The notes beneath the pieces were generated by a model. The model saw nothing but the letters and a program-made list of their open reading frames with translations, was not told the origin of the DNA and did not search any database. From positions 1 to 35,792 of IMG/VR virus record IMGVR_UViG_3300046779_000236: a stretch of DNA of 35,792 bases; one strand, 5' to 3'. This DNA is from a virus (lineage: Duplodnaviria > Caudoviricetes). How positions within the stretch are numbered: the first letter of the stretch is position 1; the number at the start of each line of letters is the position of its first letter. Below are positions 16,795 to 26,476 of the stretch, in pieces. Both the position numbers and the translations under genes were made by a program.

Positions 16795-17588
16795 TGTTTA
16801 GAGTCTTACCGCCTTTCGGTGGAGACCAGCGAGCTGTCGCTGAGATAGTCAATGGCATTATGAATGGCAAGACCAATAATACTGGTTCTGTCACATTAGC
16901 TACTAGCGGTGCAACAAGCACGACTATTACAGATGCTCGTATTGGTGTAGATTCAGTTATTTTGTTAGTTCCAACAAGTGCTGTAAGTGCAGCTTATCAG
17001 TTTCCTCATGGCTCGTTTCAGGATACAACAACACAGACCATAAGTAGCACAACAACTGCTTACGCAATGACATTTAACACTACAGATTTTGCTGAGTTTG
17101 TATCTGTTGCAAGTAACTCTAGAATTACTGTGCAGAAGTCTGGTGTTTATGATTTACAGTTTAGCAGTCAGTTTGTAAATACAGATAGCGCCATCCAAGA
17201 TATTGATATTTGGATTAGAAAGAATGGTACAGACATTCCTTTATCTAGAGGCTCAATTTCTATACCAAATAGACATGGTTCTGTAGATGGAAGAATCTTG
17301 CCATCATGGAACTATTTGCTTCAATTATCAGCAAACGATTATGTTGAGATTATGTGGTCAGCAACAAGCACAACAGTTTCAATGACAACAATCCCAACAG
17401 CAACAAGCCCAACAAGACCAGCAGCAGCTTCAGTTATTGCAACAGTAAACCATGTGTCTTGTGATGGATTTACAAGTAACCTTTTTACATTACCTTTTAT
17501 TAGTTCAGTAACTAACGGAAGCGCAGTAATTTCACATCCTGCTAATACGATTGCAGGTAAAACTTTTGATTATGTAGTCATAGGATAA
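16794..17588 (+). CDS. tail-associated protein with an internal C1q/TNF-like beta domain
   Basis: GKTNNTGSVTL N-terminal part; SRITVQKSGVYDLQFS...IWIRKNG...NDYVEIMW segment. Confidence 0.6.
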   Translation: MFRVLPPFGGDQRAVAEIVNGIMNGKTNNTGSVTLATSGATSTTITDARIGVDSVILLVPTSAVSAAYQFPHGSFQDTTTQTISSTTTAYAMTFNTTDFAEFVSVASNSRITVQKSGVYDLQFSSQFVNTDSAIQDIDIWIRKNGTDIPLSRGSISIPNRHGSVDGRILPSWNYLLQLSANDYVEIMWSATSTTVSMTTIPTATSPTRPAAASVIATVNHVSCDGFTSNLFTLPFISSVTNGSAVISHPANTIAGKTFDYVVIG

Positions 17589-17592
17589 AATC

Positions 17593-18516
17593 ATGGCAGA
17601 AACAGTAACCTCATCAAGCATTGACCCAGCGTTATTGCCTTATTTACAGACAGGCTTAGAAAGAGCAAAAAGCCTATTTCTGACAGGTGAGCAACCTAAA
17701 TTCTTTGAAGGTCAGACTTATGTTAGCCCATCAGCTCAGACTCAACAGGCTTTAACTCAACAAGAGGCTCTAGCAACTCAGCAAAGTCCTGTATTGCAAC
17801 AAGCTCAACAAGCCTACCAACAGGCTTTAGGCGGTATTGGCGCTACTGCTGCTGGTTCATTCCTAGGTAGTAACCCTTACCAAGCTCAGATGATGCAAGC
17901 TGCAACTCGCCCATTAGAGCAACAGTTCTCTGGTCAAGTATTGCCACAGATTGCTAGTCTTTATTCAAAGGCTGGTCGTTATGGTTCTGGTGCAATGCAA
18001 AATGCTTTGACAGGCGCTACAGAGTCTTATGGTCGTGCTTTAGGTGATGTAACTTCTAATATTGCAGGACAACAGTATCAGGCTGAAAGAGGCTTGCAAC
18101 AACAGGCTCAATTAGGTCAGGCTCAATTGGCAGCAGCAGCTCCTAGCATCTATTCACAACAATATTTGCCTTCTCAGCAATTGGCTCAAGTTGGCGCAGC
18201 AAGAGAAGCTATCGCAGCTCAACCATTACAAGAACAGATGGCTCGTTACCAGTTTGGTCAGCAGTTACCATACCAACAGTTATCTGGCTACTTATCAAGC
18301 GTTTATGGCTCTCCTATGGGTTCTTATGGCACACAAACTCAAACAATGCCTAGCAATCCTCTAATCAATACTGCTGCTGGTGCTGGTTTAGGTTATTTAG
18401 GTGGTCAGGCTCTAGGTTCATTCATAAATAAAACACCATTTAGCTTAACTTCTCCAAGTGGCTATGGTATTGCTGGTGGTTTAGGTGGTGCAGCGTTAGG
18501 TGGTTTATTGTTCTAA
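17593..18516 (+). CDS. DNA ejection / internal virion protein (Gln/Ala/Gly-rich)
   Basis: Low-complexity helical body and Gly-rich hydrophobic C-terminus; podovirus ejection-gene position. Confidence 0.65.
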   Translation: MAETVTSSSIDPALLPYLQTGLERAKSLFLTGEQPKFFEGQTYVSPSAQTQQALTQQEALATQQSPVLQQAQQAYQQALGGIGATAAGSFLGSNPYQAQMMQAATRPLEQQFSGQVLPQIASLYSKAGRYGSGAMQNALTGATESYGRALGDVTSNIAGQQYQAERGLQQQAQLGQAQLAAAAPSIYSQQYLPSQQLAQVGAAREAIAAQPLQEQMARYQFGQQLPYQQLSGYLSSVYGSPMGSYGTQTQTMPSNPLINTAAGAGLGYLGGQALGSFINKTPFSLTSPSGYGIAGGLGGAALGGLLF

Positions 18517-18878
18517 TGCTAATTTCTGACATTATCAGGAAAGATTCTCCAAAGGAAAATCCTGAAGATGTTATCAGGAGCATTAGGCATTATTTAGAAA
18601 CAAATCAAGGAGTCCTGCTGAGAAGAAACAATACTGTGATATTCGGTTATAAGTTCACAGACAACTCAGCAGGGATGCACCTTTTTACAATTGATAGCCC
18701 TATAAAAGTAGTGAAGTCAATTAAGTATTTTGTAAATGAAGCATCTAAGCACAATGTAAAGACTGTATATGGACTTACAGAGAATAAACAGATGTATAAA
18801 GTCTTTAAATTGCTTGGATTAAATGTAGAGAAATCAGAGCTTCCGCAATATAATTGGAAGTGGCAGATAAAGGAATAA
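18516..18878 (+). CDS. hypothetical protein, possible GNAT-like fold (T7 gp13 / P22 gp14-like position)
   Basis: 120 aa among the ejection genes; VYGLTEN...FKLLG resembles GNAT C-terminal motifs (weak). Confidence 0.5.
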   Translation: MLISDIIRKDSPKENPEDVIRSIRHYLETNQGVLLRRNNTVIFGYKFTDNSAGMHLFTIDSPIKVVKSIKYFVNEASKHNVKTVYGLTENKQMYKVFKLLGLNVEKSELPQYNWKWQIKE

Positions 18879-18880
18879 AT

Positions 18881-19819
18881 ATGTCTAGTAGTGGTATTCC
18901 AATTGTTGAAGATGTTGCTAAAGTAGGGGGAGCTTTAATAGAAGACCCACTTGGCACTATCGGAAATGTAGTAGAGGGAGCATTAGATGACCCTATAAAA
19001 ACTGCTGCAATGGTAGCTGCTGCTTATTATGCTCCTACTCTATTGGCTGAAACTGTGGCTGCTGATGCTGCTTTTGTTGCTTCAGATGCAGCTAGTTTGG
19101 CTGCTCAAGGATTGTCAGAAGCTCAAATTGCAAGCACACTAACAGCAAGTGGTGTAGATGCTATGGCTGCTGTTGATGCAGCTAGTCTAGCTTCACAAGG
19201 GTTAAGCGCATCTCAAATTGCTACTAATTTAGCTCAATATGGTGATTCTGCATTTACATCATATACAGCAGCTCCATCTGCTGAAGGCATCTTATCTAGC
19301 CCACAGACAACAGATTATCTAGGAACTCAAGCTCTTGGAGATTCAACTACAGGTGCAGTCGGTAGCACAGCAACACCATCTACAGTAGGACAACTAAGCA
19401 CTAATGTTTCTAATATTGGTGTTCAAGCTCCTGAGCTATCTAATCTAGGCTCATTGGGCGGTACTTCTGCTATGCAAACTGGAACTGCTGGCTTAACAGC
19501 AGAACAATTAGCTCAAGCTACTGCAAATGCTCAAGTAGGCTCAAATGCTACAAGTGGTCTAGGATATTTAGGTGGCGCAGAGTCTTTACCATCAGGAACA
19601 GCAGGAATACAAGGTGTAACAGCTCCTACAAGTTTAAGTCTTTCTGATGCACAAAGAGCATTAAAGCTAGGACAATCATTGTTTGGTCAGCAACCACAAA
19701 CACCTACAGGATTTCCAAAAAGACAGACTCAACCTTATGGAGCAGTAGATTACTCTCCAACATTGTCTCTTTTACAACAAAGAGTATCAACTCCAAATGT
19801 ATATTCATTACTAGGATAA
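18881..19819 (+). CDS. putative ejection / internal virion protein (Ala/Ser/Gly/Thr-rich)
   Basis: AAGGA SD before ATG 18881; internal duplication DAASLA(A/S)QGLSxxQIA; ends YSLLG. Confidence 0.65.
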   Translation: MSSSGIPIVEDVAKVGGALIEDPLGTIGNVVEGALDDPIKTAAMVAAAYYAPTLLAETVAADAAFVASDAASLAAQGLSEAQIASTLTASGVDAMAAVDAASLASQGLSASQIATNLAQYGDSAFTSYTAAPSAEGILSSPQTTDYLGTQALGDSTTGAVGSTATPSTVGQLSTNVSNIGVQAPELSNLGSLGGTSAMQTGTAGLTAEQLAQATANAQVGSNATSGLGYLGGAESLPSGTAGIQGVTAPTSLSLSDAQRALKLGQSLFGQQPQTPTGFPKRQTQPYGAVDYSPTLSLLQQRVSTPNVYSLLG

Positions 19820-19823
19820 GAAT

Positions 19824-21077
19824 ATGGCACTATTAGACACAAATCCATTAGCTCAGTTATTTGGGCAAGAGCAATACGGACAGATGAAAAATGAGGCGCT
19901 TAACATGGGTGCTTTAAATGCTATTGCTCAATTATTAGCTGCTTCTGGCGCACAAGCTAGACCTGTAGGAACTGGTCAAGCAATTGGTCAGGCTCTATTG
20001 GGTGGATACCAAGGCTATCAAGGTGCAATGGATAAAAACCTTAATGAAATGCTTAAAGCTACTCAAATTTCTGAAATGCTCAGAAAACAAGAAGAAACAA
20101 AGCAATTAAAAAGTCTTTATGCTAGTGCAGCTACTCCTAAATATGAAATTACTAAAGAAGCTGTTATCCCTCAAGGTCAAACATTAAGAGATGACCAAGG
20201 TCAATTGACAATGGGAGCAACACCAGAGGAGAAGAAATTAACTGGATATACATACGATATTAACAAGATTGCTCCTGTTCTTGCATCAATGGGAAGATGG
20301 GAAGAATTAGCTAATATTGAAAAGGCTCTACCAGTTTTAGGTGGTGGAACAATGAAGATGACTGATGTTCCTAGCCAAGTTAAAGAAGCTGTTAGCGTAT
20401 TGGGCATTAAAGATGATGGTGGAAGATTAAAGACACCAGATAAATTTACTGATGACGATAGATTAAGAGTTCAAAGATATATTGAAAAGTCTGATATAAA
20501 TAAAGCTCCTAAAATCAATACTGCTGACCCTACTGCTGTGGCTCAAGCTGCTGCTGGTAATGTCAAAGACTTTAATGCTCAAGTTAAAGACTATAGAGAA
20601 GTTGGTCGTAGATATAACGCAATGGTAGGCGCATGGAAAGATAAGGCTAATCCAGCAACAGACTCCACATTGATTTATGGTCTAGCTAAGATTTATGACC
20701 CATCTGGAGCTGTTCAACAGGGTGACATTAACACAATTAAGGGTAGCAGAAGTATTCCTCAAAATGTAATTGGTTTCGCTGATAGAGTTGCAAGAGGCGG
20801 AACTCTAACAGAAACAGAGAGAAATAACATTATGTCTACTGCTTACAACATGGTTAATAGCTATTCTAAAAATGTTCAAAATGATGTTGATACATATAGG
20901 TCTTTTGCTAAGGATTTTGGCGCAGACCCTAATCAAATTAGAAGTCCATTTGAGAATATGGAAAAACCAGACTATTTATACTTTACAATTGCAGGAAAGC
21001 AAGTAAAAGCAGATAAAGGTAAGGATGGTGCTTACTATGTCCAAAGAGGCAATCAATACTATAAGGTTAGTGAATAA
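19824..21077 (+). CDS. putative ejection protein (P22 gp20-like position)
   Basis: 417 aa, helical; GQALLGGYQGY N-terminal region; KIYDPSGAV motif. Confidence 0.65.
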   Translation: MALLDTNPLAQLFGQEQYGQMKNEALNMGALNAIAQLLAASGAQARPVGTGQAIGQALLGGYQGYQGAMDKNLNEMLKATQISEMLRKQEETKQLKSLYASAATPKYEITKEAVIPQGQTLRDDQGQLTMGATPEEKKLTGYTYDINKIAPVLASMGRWEELANIEKALPVLGGGTMKMTDVPSQVKEAVSVLGIKDDGGRLKTPDKFTDDDRLRVQRYIEKSDINKAPKINTADPTAVAQAAAGNVKDFNAQVKDYREVGRRYNAMVGAWKDKANPATDSTLIYGLAKIYDPSGAVQQGDINTIKGSRSIPQNVIGFADRVARGGTLTETERNNIMSTAYNMVNSYSKNVQNDVDTYRSFAKDFGADPNQIRSPFENMEKPDYLYFTIAGKQVKADKGKDGAYYVQRGNQYYKVSE

Positions 21078-23230
21078 TGGCGCTTACTCTAACTCCAGTT
21101 CAAGGCAATCCATTTGAAGGCATGGAAAAACCAAAATCTGAGGCAAAAACAACTGAAGATTTAGGCTTAACAAAGCTACCAGTTCCTACTGCTGAAACAG
21201 GGGAAGTTCTTACTGGCGCAAAAATCAAAGGATTAGAAGGCTTTAAGACATTTTTAGGATATATGTCTACTACTGAGCCTAGAGCATTACAAGACATTAT
21301 TTTAAGGTCTGTAGAAGGCTCTCAAGGTGGTGAAGATGCTCAAGGTAATCCTTATGTAGTTATTGACGGAAAACCTTTTTATACAAATAAACAGGGTTTA
21401 TCTCCTGTAGATGCCTTTGGATTTATTGGTGACTTATATCAATTTATTCCAGTAGCTAAGTTGGCTAGTTTAGCTAAAGGCATAGGAACAAGATTAGGTC
21501 TTGCTGGTTTAACTAGTGGCACTATTTCAGCAACTAAAGAAACTGGCGCACAAATGTTAGGTTCACAGCAAGAATTTGACACATTAAAAGTTGGCTTAGA
21601 TGCTGCTTTTGGTGCAGGTGGTCAAGTAGTTGGTGATGCTTTGACATCTTACCTTAGAGCTAAAAAACCAGTATTTAATGCTTCTGGTGAAGTTTCTGCT
21701 CAATTTAAAGACCAATTAAAATCTGCTGGTATCAATTTTGATGAGTTTGGTGAAAAAGGCAAGCAAGCAATTATTGATGCTTATAAGAACTTGGGTTCTA
21801 AGTTTGCTCAAGAAGCTGAAAGAGTTACATCTGTAGCTAGTTCTGCTGATACAGGAAGAATCCCATTGACTTTGGGTCAAGCAACTGGTGATGTAAGACA
21901 GATTGCTAGTGAAGAAGCTATGAGAAATGCCTCTAGAGGTAGCTTGGCTGAAAAGATTATGCAAAGATTTGACATTGGTCAAAGAAAAGCTATTGAAGAA
22001 GAAGCTGGAATTGTTGGTAAAGCAATTGCTCCAGAAGCTAGAGCTGCAACACAAACTGAAGCTGGTGGCACTATCTATGAAATGATTAGAGGTAAACAAC
22101 AGCAAATGAAGTCTGGTGTTACAAAGGCTTATGATGCAACAGATTTAAGGGCTTTAAATATTCCTGTTTCTTCTGTTGAAGAAATGCCATTAAGAATTGG
22201 CAAGGTTATTCAAGAGAATAATTTAGTATTTGACCCAGAATTAACTCCTTCTGCTGTAAAAGCATTTAATGAGGTTAAAAGTGCTGTTCCTAAGATGCAA
22301 GGTGTTAATGTTACTGACATCAATCTTAAATCTTTAGAATCAACAAGAAAGAAGTTGAACTCTTTTTATACTGCTGCTGCTAACGATACAGATAAGGCAG
22401 TAATAACAACTATTAGAAATGAATTTGATAATTGGCTAGATGACACAATTACTAAAGGATTAGCTTCTGGAGACCCTGAGCAATTAGCAAAACTTAAAGA
22501 TGCTAGAGCATCTGCTAGAGATTACTTTAGTAAATTTAAAGTAGACCCTAAATCTCCAGATGTTGATGCTCAAAAAGTTATTGATAAGATTGTTAGCAAA
22601 GACTTAACACCAGTAGAAACAATGAACTATCTATTTGGTAGCTCAAAAATTGGTGAAAATCAAACTGCTGTAAGAGTTGCCAAGAAATTTAAAGATATTT
22701 TTGGTGAAAACTCAGACCAATTTAACGAGTTTAGACAGGCTGCTTATTTAAGATTGGTTCAAGATAGCCAAGGAAATGTAAAGCCAGCATCTAAGATTGT
22801 TAAAGAAGTTGATGAGTTAATCATGGGTAAAGGTTCTTCATTAGCAAATGAAATATTTACCCCTGAACAAGTTAAGTCTTTACGAGATTTTAGAGTGGCA
22901 TTGTCTAAAACATTGACTCCATCTGCATCTACTAACCCATCTAAAACAGGTTACGAAATTGCAAGAATATTTGAAGATGCAACAAAAGGATTAGGCTTAA
23001 TGACAATGGCTGGCGGTGATATTGCAACTGGAGCTGGTATTACTGGTTTAACTACTATTGTTAAGCCATTAAGAGGCGGTGCAGCAGCTTATCAGGCTAC
23101 TAGAGGTGTAACTGCTCCTACCTTACAAGGCGGTTATGGTGCGCCTTTAGGAGTCGCTGTTGGCGGTTCTGCTGCTGATTTGCTAAAAGAAAGAGAACAA
23201 GTGCAGATGCAAGGATTACTAGGAATGTAA
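21077..23230 (+). CDS. large ejection protein (P22 gp16-like position)
   Basis: 717 aa, helical; Gly/Ala-rich membrane-active segments; IPLTLGQATG motif; ends QGLLGM. Confidence 0.7.
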   Translation: MALTLTPVQGNPFEGMEKPKSEAKTTEDLGLTKLPVPTAETGEVLTGAKIKGLEGFKTFLGYMSTTEPRALQDIILRSVEGSQGGEDAQGNPYVVIDGKPFYTNKQGLSPVDAFGFIGDLYQFIPVAKLASLAKGIGTRLGLAGLTSGTISATKETGAQMLGSQQEFDTLKVGLDAAFGAGGQVVGDALTSYLRAKKPVFNASGEVSAQFKDQLKSAGINFDEFGEKGKQAIIDAYKNLGSKFAQEAERVTSVASSADTGRIPLTLGQATGDVRQIASEEAMRNASRGSLAEKIMQRFDIGQRKAIEEEAGIVGKAIAPEARAATQTEAGGTIYEMIRGKQQQMKSGVTKAYDATDLRALNIPVSSVEEMPLRIGKVIQENNLVFDPELTPSAVKAFNEVKSAVPKMQGVNVTDINLKSLESTRKKLNSFYTAAANDTDKAVITTIRNEFDNWLDDTITKGLASGDPEQLAKLKDARASARDYFSKFKVDPKSPDVDAQKVIDKIVSKDLTPVETMNYLFGSSKIGENQTAVRVAKKFKDIFGENSDQFNEFRQAAYLRLVQDSQGNVKPASKIVKEVDELIMGKGSSLANEIFTPEQVKSLRDFRVALSKTLTPSASTNPSKTGYEIARIFEDATKGLGLMTMAGGDIATGAGITGLTTIVKPLRGGAAAYQATRGVTAPTLQGGYGAPLGVAVGGSAADLLKEREQVQMQGLLGM

Positions 23231-23315
23231 TAGAAGCGCCTATAAGACCAAAATACTCATAGGATAATCTGCCTAAAAAGATTGAAATAGGCACAGTTAA
23301 ATAAGATAATTGCAT
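23118..23315 (-). CDS. candidate antisense small membrane protein (65 aa) at a sieA-like position
   Basis: MQLSYLTVPISIFLGRLSYEYFGLIGASITFLVILASALVLFLLANQQQ...; TATAAT 6 nt before the ATG; no SD. Confidence 0.3.
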   Translation of the reverse strand: MQLSYLTVPISIFLGRLSYEYFGLIGASITFLVILASALVLFLLANQQQNRQQRLLKAHHNRLVR

Positions 23316-23331
23316 AAAGGAATTATAAATC

Positions 23332-24054
23332 ATGGCAAAAACCAAAATCTCGGAATTTGATGTAAACCCAGACAACAATACTGACATCAATAACATCAAT
23401 ATTGCTGAAGGCTGTGCGCCTAGCGGTATTAACAATGCTATTCGTCAGATTATGGCTGACTTAAAAGCATTTCAGACAGGTGCAGATGGCGATTCAGGCA
23501 CATTTGTAGGTGTTTATACTGACACTATTAGCGAGAAAACATCTGCTACTGGTGTAACAGTAGACGGAGTTTTGTTAAAAGACAATGGCATTACTGCTAG
23601 TGGCACGAATGTCCTAAGCGGAACTACAATCCCATCAAGCAAGACATTGGTAGTAACTACTGACATTGGCACTAGTGTTCAGGCTTATGATGCTGACACA
23701 GCCAAGACTGATGTAGCTCAGACATTTACAGCAGCACAAAGAGGAACTGTATCAGCTCTTACTGATGGTTCTAGCATTACTCCTGACTTTGCAGTAGCTA
23801 ACAACTTCTCTGTTACTTTAGGTGGCAATAGAACTTTGGCTAACCCTACAAATATCACAGCAGGTCAGTCAGGTGTGATTGTGATTACTCAAGATGGTAC
23901 AGGCTCTCGCACACTAGCTTATGGCTCTTACTTTAAGTTTCCTAGCGGAACAGCACCAACATTGACTACAACTGCAAGCGCAGTAGATGTCTTGGTATAT
24001 TATGTAGAAAGTTCAACTCGCATTACTGCTCGCCTTGTAGCAGATGTTAAGTAA
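23332..24054 (+). CDS. tail fibre protein (proximal / anchor)
   Basis: INIAEGCAPSGINNAIRQIMA anchor; IGTSVQAYDAD; TLGGNRTLANPTN...QDGTGSRTLAY...VDVL motifs. Confidence 0.78.
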   Translation: MAKTKISEFDVNPDNNTDINNINIAEGCAPSGINNAIRQIMADLKAFQTGADGDSGTFVGVYTDTISEKTSATGVTVDGVLLKDNGITASGTNVLSGTTIPSSKTLVVTTDIGTSVQAYDADTAKTDVAQTFTAAQRGTVSALTDGSSITPDFAVANNFSVTLGGNRTLANPTNITAGQSGVIVITQDGTGSRTLAYGSYFKFPSGTAPTLTTTASAVDVLVYYVESSTRITARLVADVK

Positions 24055-24062
24055 GGATATTT

Positions 24063-26453
24063 ATGTCAGTTATTCAGAATAACTTACTACTAGCTGGTGA
24101 TGATGCTTATAACCTTAATCGTTCACTAAGATTTAGGTCTAGTGCTAGTGCTTATTTAAGTAGAACTCTTACTACTCCGACAAACCAAAAGATTTGGACT
24201 TATTCAACTTGGTTAAAAAGAGGAACAATCAATACTGCTGATTGTTTATTTTCTAGCTCTGATAACTACAATGCCATTAGATTTGTTGATACAAATGGTG
24301 CTTTGATTATTTATGGTGATTCAGGCGGTTCAATGAATATTGAAACTGCATCACTATATCGTGACCCATCAGCTTGGTATCACATTGTTGTAGCCTTTGA
24401 TTCAACTCAAGCAACATCATCAAATAGAGTAAAAATCTATGTAAATGGCTCACAAGTTACTAGCTTTACAACTGCTACTTACCCATCACTAAATGCTACT
24501 TATGGCTTTAATAGTGCTATTGCTCATGCTATTGGTCGTAGGCAAAGCACAAGCAACTGTTATTTAGATGGTTATTTGTCAGAACTTAACTTCATTGATG
24601 GTCAAGCCCTAACCCCATCATCATTCGGTGAAACCAATGCTCAAACAGGAGTATGGCAACCTAAAAAATATAGTGGTGCTTATGGCACTAATGGCTTCTA
24701 TTTACCATTTACAGATAATTCTGCATTAACAAGTGGCTCAAATGCTGGTCTAGGTAAAGACTTCTCAGGCAATGGCAACTATTGGAATACTAACAATATC
24801 TCAATTACAAGTGGCTCTACTTATGATTCAATGACAGATGTGCCGACATTGACAAGTGCTACTGCTGCTAACTTTGCGGTAATTAACCCGCTATGGAAAG
24901 ATAGTGGGGTTACAGTAGCTAATGGTAATCTAAGTGTTTCTGGCGGTAACTATGGTGGTTTTTCTACACTTACTATACCAACCAACTCTAAGTTTTATGC
25001 AGAATTTACTGTAACAACAACCGAAGGTAATCAAGGTGTTGGTATTTTAAAAGCTACAAATGCTTATAGTGGAGTTCTAAGTCAAGCAGATATGTTTGGT
25101 TCTAATTCTGTTACTTACTATTCTACAAATGGTAATAAATATGTATTAGGTGGCGGTTCAACTGCTTATGGCTCATCATGGGGAACTGTTGGTGATGTTA
25201 TTGGTATTGCAGTTAATACTGTAGATAACCAAATTACATTCTATAAAAACAATACATCACAAGGCACAATTACAGGTCTTACTTCAGGAATTGAGTGGGT
25301 ATTTGCAACAGGCAACCAAACTTCTGATGGTGGCGGTGCTTGGAACTTCGGTCAAAGACCATTTAGCTATACACCACCTACAGGCTTTGTAGCATTAAAT
25401 ACTTTTAACTTACCTACTCCTACTATTGGTGCAACAACTTCAACTCAAGCAAGCAAGTATATGGACATCAATCTATATACAGGAACAGGCTCGACATTAT
25501 CAATAACTAATAGTGGCTTTCAACCTGACTTTACTTGGATTAAATCTAGAAGTAATGGCGGTCAATGGCATGCTTTATTTGACATCATTCGTGGAACTGA
25601 CAATCGTTTATTTTCAAATACAACAGATGCTCAAGATACAACTGCCAATACATTAACTGCTTTTAATAGCAATGGCTTTACTCTTGGTTCACAAGCTGGT
25701 CAAAACAGTAGTGGTGGTTCTTATGTAGCATGGCAATGGAGAGCTAATGGAACTGGAGTATCCAATACTGCTGGTTCTATTACTTCTACAGTAAGTGCTA
25801 ATACAAGTGCTGGATTTAGTATTGTAGGATGGACTTCAAATGGTTCTAACTCAATTAGCACTATGGGTCATGGATTAGGTGTAGCACCATCTATGATTAT
25901 TCAACATAGAAGAAGTAGCACAGGTGGCACATGGTATGTTTACCATAAGAGTTTATCTGTTCCTACTGATAGATTTTTAAAATTAAATTCAAGTGATGGC
26001 GAGCAAAATCCTAGTAAAACTTTATGGAGTGTTAGCTCATCAACTTTTGGATTCTGGCAATCTGATATGTTAGGTAATGGCGATACAGCTATTGCCTATT
26101 GCTTTGCAGAAGTAGCTGGATACAGTAAATTTGGCTCATATACAGGTAATGGTTCTGCTGATGGTACTTTTGTGGCTTTACCATTTAAACCTAAGTTTGT
26201 GATGTATAAACGAACAGATAGCACAGGTGCATGGTTTATGAAAGATTCAACAAGAAGAAGTTATAACTTAAATAATCTTCATTTAGCTGCAAACGCATCT
26301 GATGCTGAATATACAGATAACAATGTGGCTATGGACTTCTTATCTAATGGATTTAAACTAAGAGGAACGGATACTATGGCTAATGCTTCAGGCGGAACTT
26401 ATATTTACATGGCATTTGCCGAAGTGCCAGCTAAATTTAGCCTTGGTGTATAA
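24063..26453 (+). CDS. receptor-binding tail fibre with LamG/ConA-like and SPRY-like domains
   Basis: SLRF...WTYSTWLKRG...RDPSAWYHIVVAFD (LamG-like); YAEF...GDVIGIAV...FYKN...NFGQRPF (SPRY-like); YTGTG...FQPDFTWIKSR repeats. Confidence 0.85.
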   Translation: MSVIQNNLLLAGDDAYNLNRSLRFRSSASAYLSRTLTTPTNQKIWTYSTWLKRGTINTADCLFSSSDNYNAIRFVDTNGALIIYGDSGGSMNIETASLYRDPSAWYHIVVAFDSTQATSSNRVKIYVNGSQVTSFTTATYPSLNATYGFNSAIAHAIGRRQSTSNCYLDGYLSELNFIDGQALTPSSFGETNAQTGVWQPKKYSGAYGTNGFYLPFTDNSALTSGSNAGLGKDFSGNGNYWNTNNISITSGSTYDSMTDVPTLTSATAANFAVINPLWKDSGVTVANGNLSVSGGNYGGFSTLTIPTNSKFYAEFTVTTTEGNQGVGILKATNAYSGVLSQADMFGSNSVTYYSTNGNKYVLGGGSTAYGSSWGTVGDVIGIAVNTVDNQITFYKNNTSQGTITGLTSGIEWVFATGNQTSDGGGAWNFGQRPFSYTPPTGFVALNTFNLPTPTIGATTSTQASKYMDINLYTGTGSTLSITNSGFQPDFTWIKSRSNGGQWHALFDIIRGTDNRLFSNTTDAQDTTANTLTAFNSNGFTLGSQAGQNSSGGSYVAWQWRANGTGVSNTAGSITSTVSANTSAGFSIVGWTSNGSNSISTMGHGLGVAPSMIIQHRRSSTGGTWYVYHKSLSVPTDRFLKLNSSDGEQNPSKTLWSVSSSTFGFWQSDMLGNGDTAIAYCFAEVAGYSKFGSYTGNGSADGTFVALPFKPKFVMYKRTDSTGAWFMKDSTRRSYNLNNLHLAANASDAEYTDNNVAMDFLSNGFKLRGTDTMANASGGTYIYMAFAEVPAKFSLGV

Positions 26454-26476
26454 CAGAATTTACAGGAGAAATAGAA

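Noticed and set aside
1460-22105. Reverse-strand and alternate-frame ORFs in the track (for example 1460-1645, 1642-1854, 2126-2374, 4240-4515, 6053-6436, 9816-10046, 11726-12061, 14887-15300, 21716-22105)
   Set aside because: They are shadows of well-supported + strand genes, with no SD or recognisable motifs.
24063-26453. Diversity-generating retroelement or invertible tail-fibre cassette
   Set aside because: No reverse transcriptase or invertase, and I saw no second near-identical copy of the fibre 3' end.
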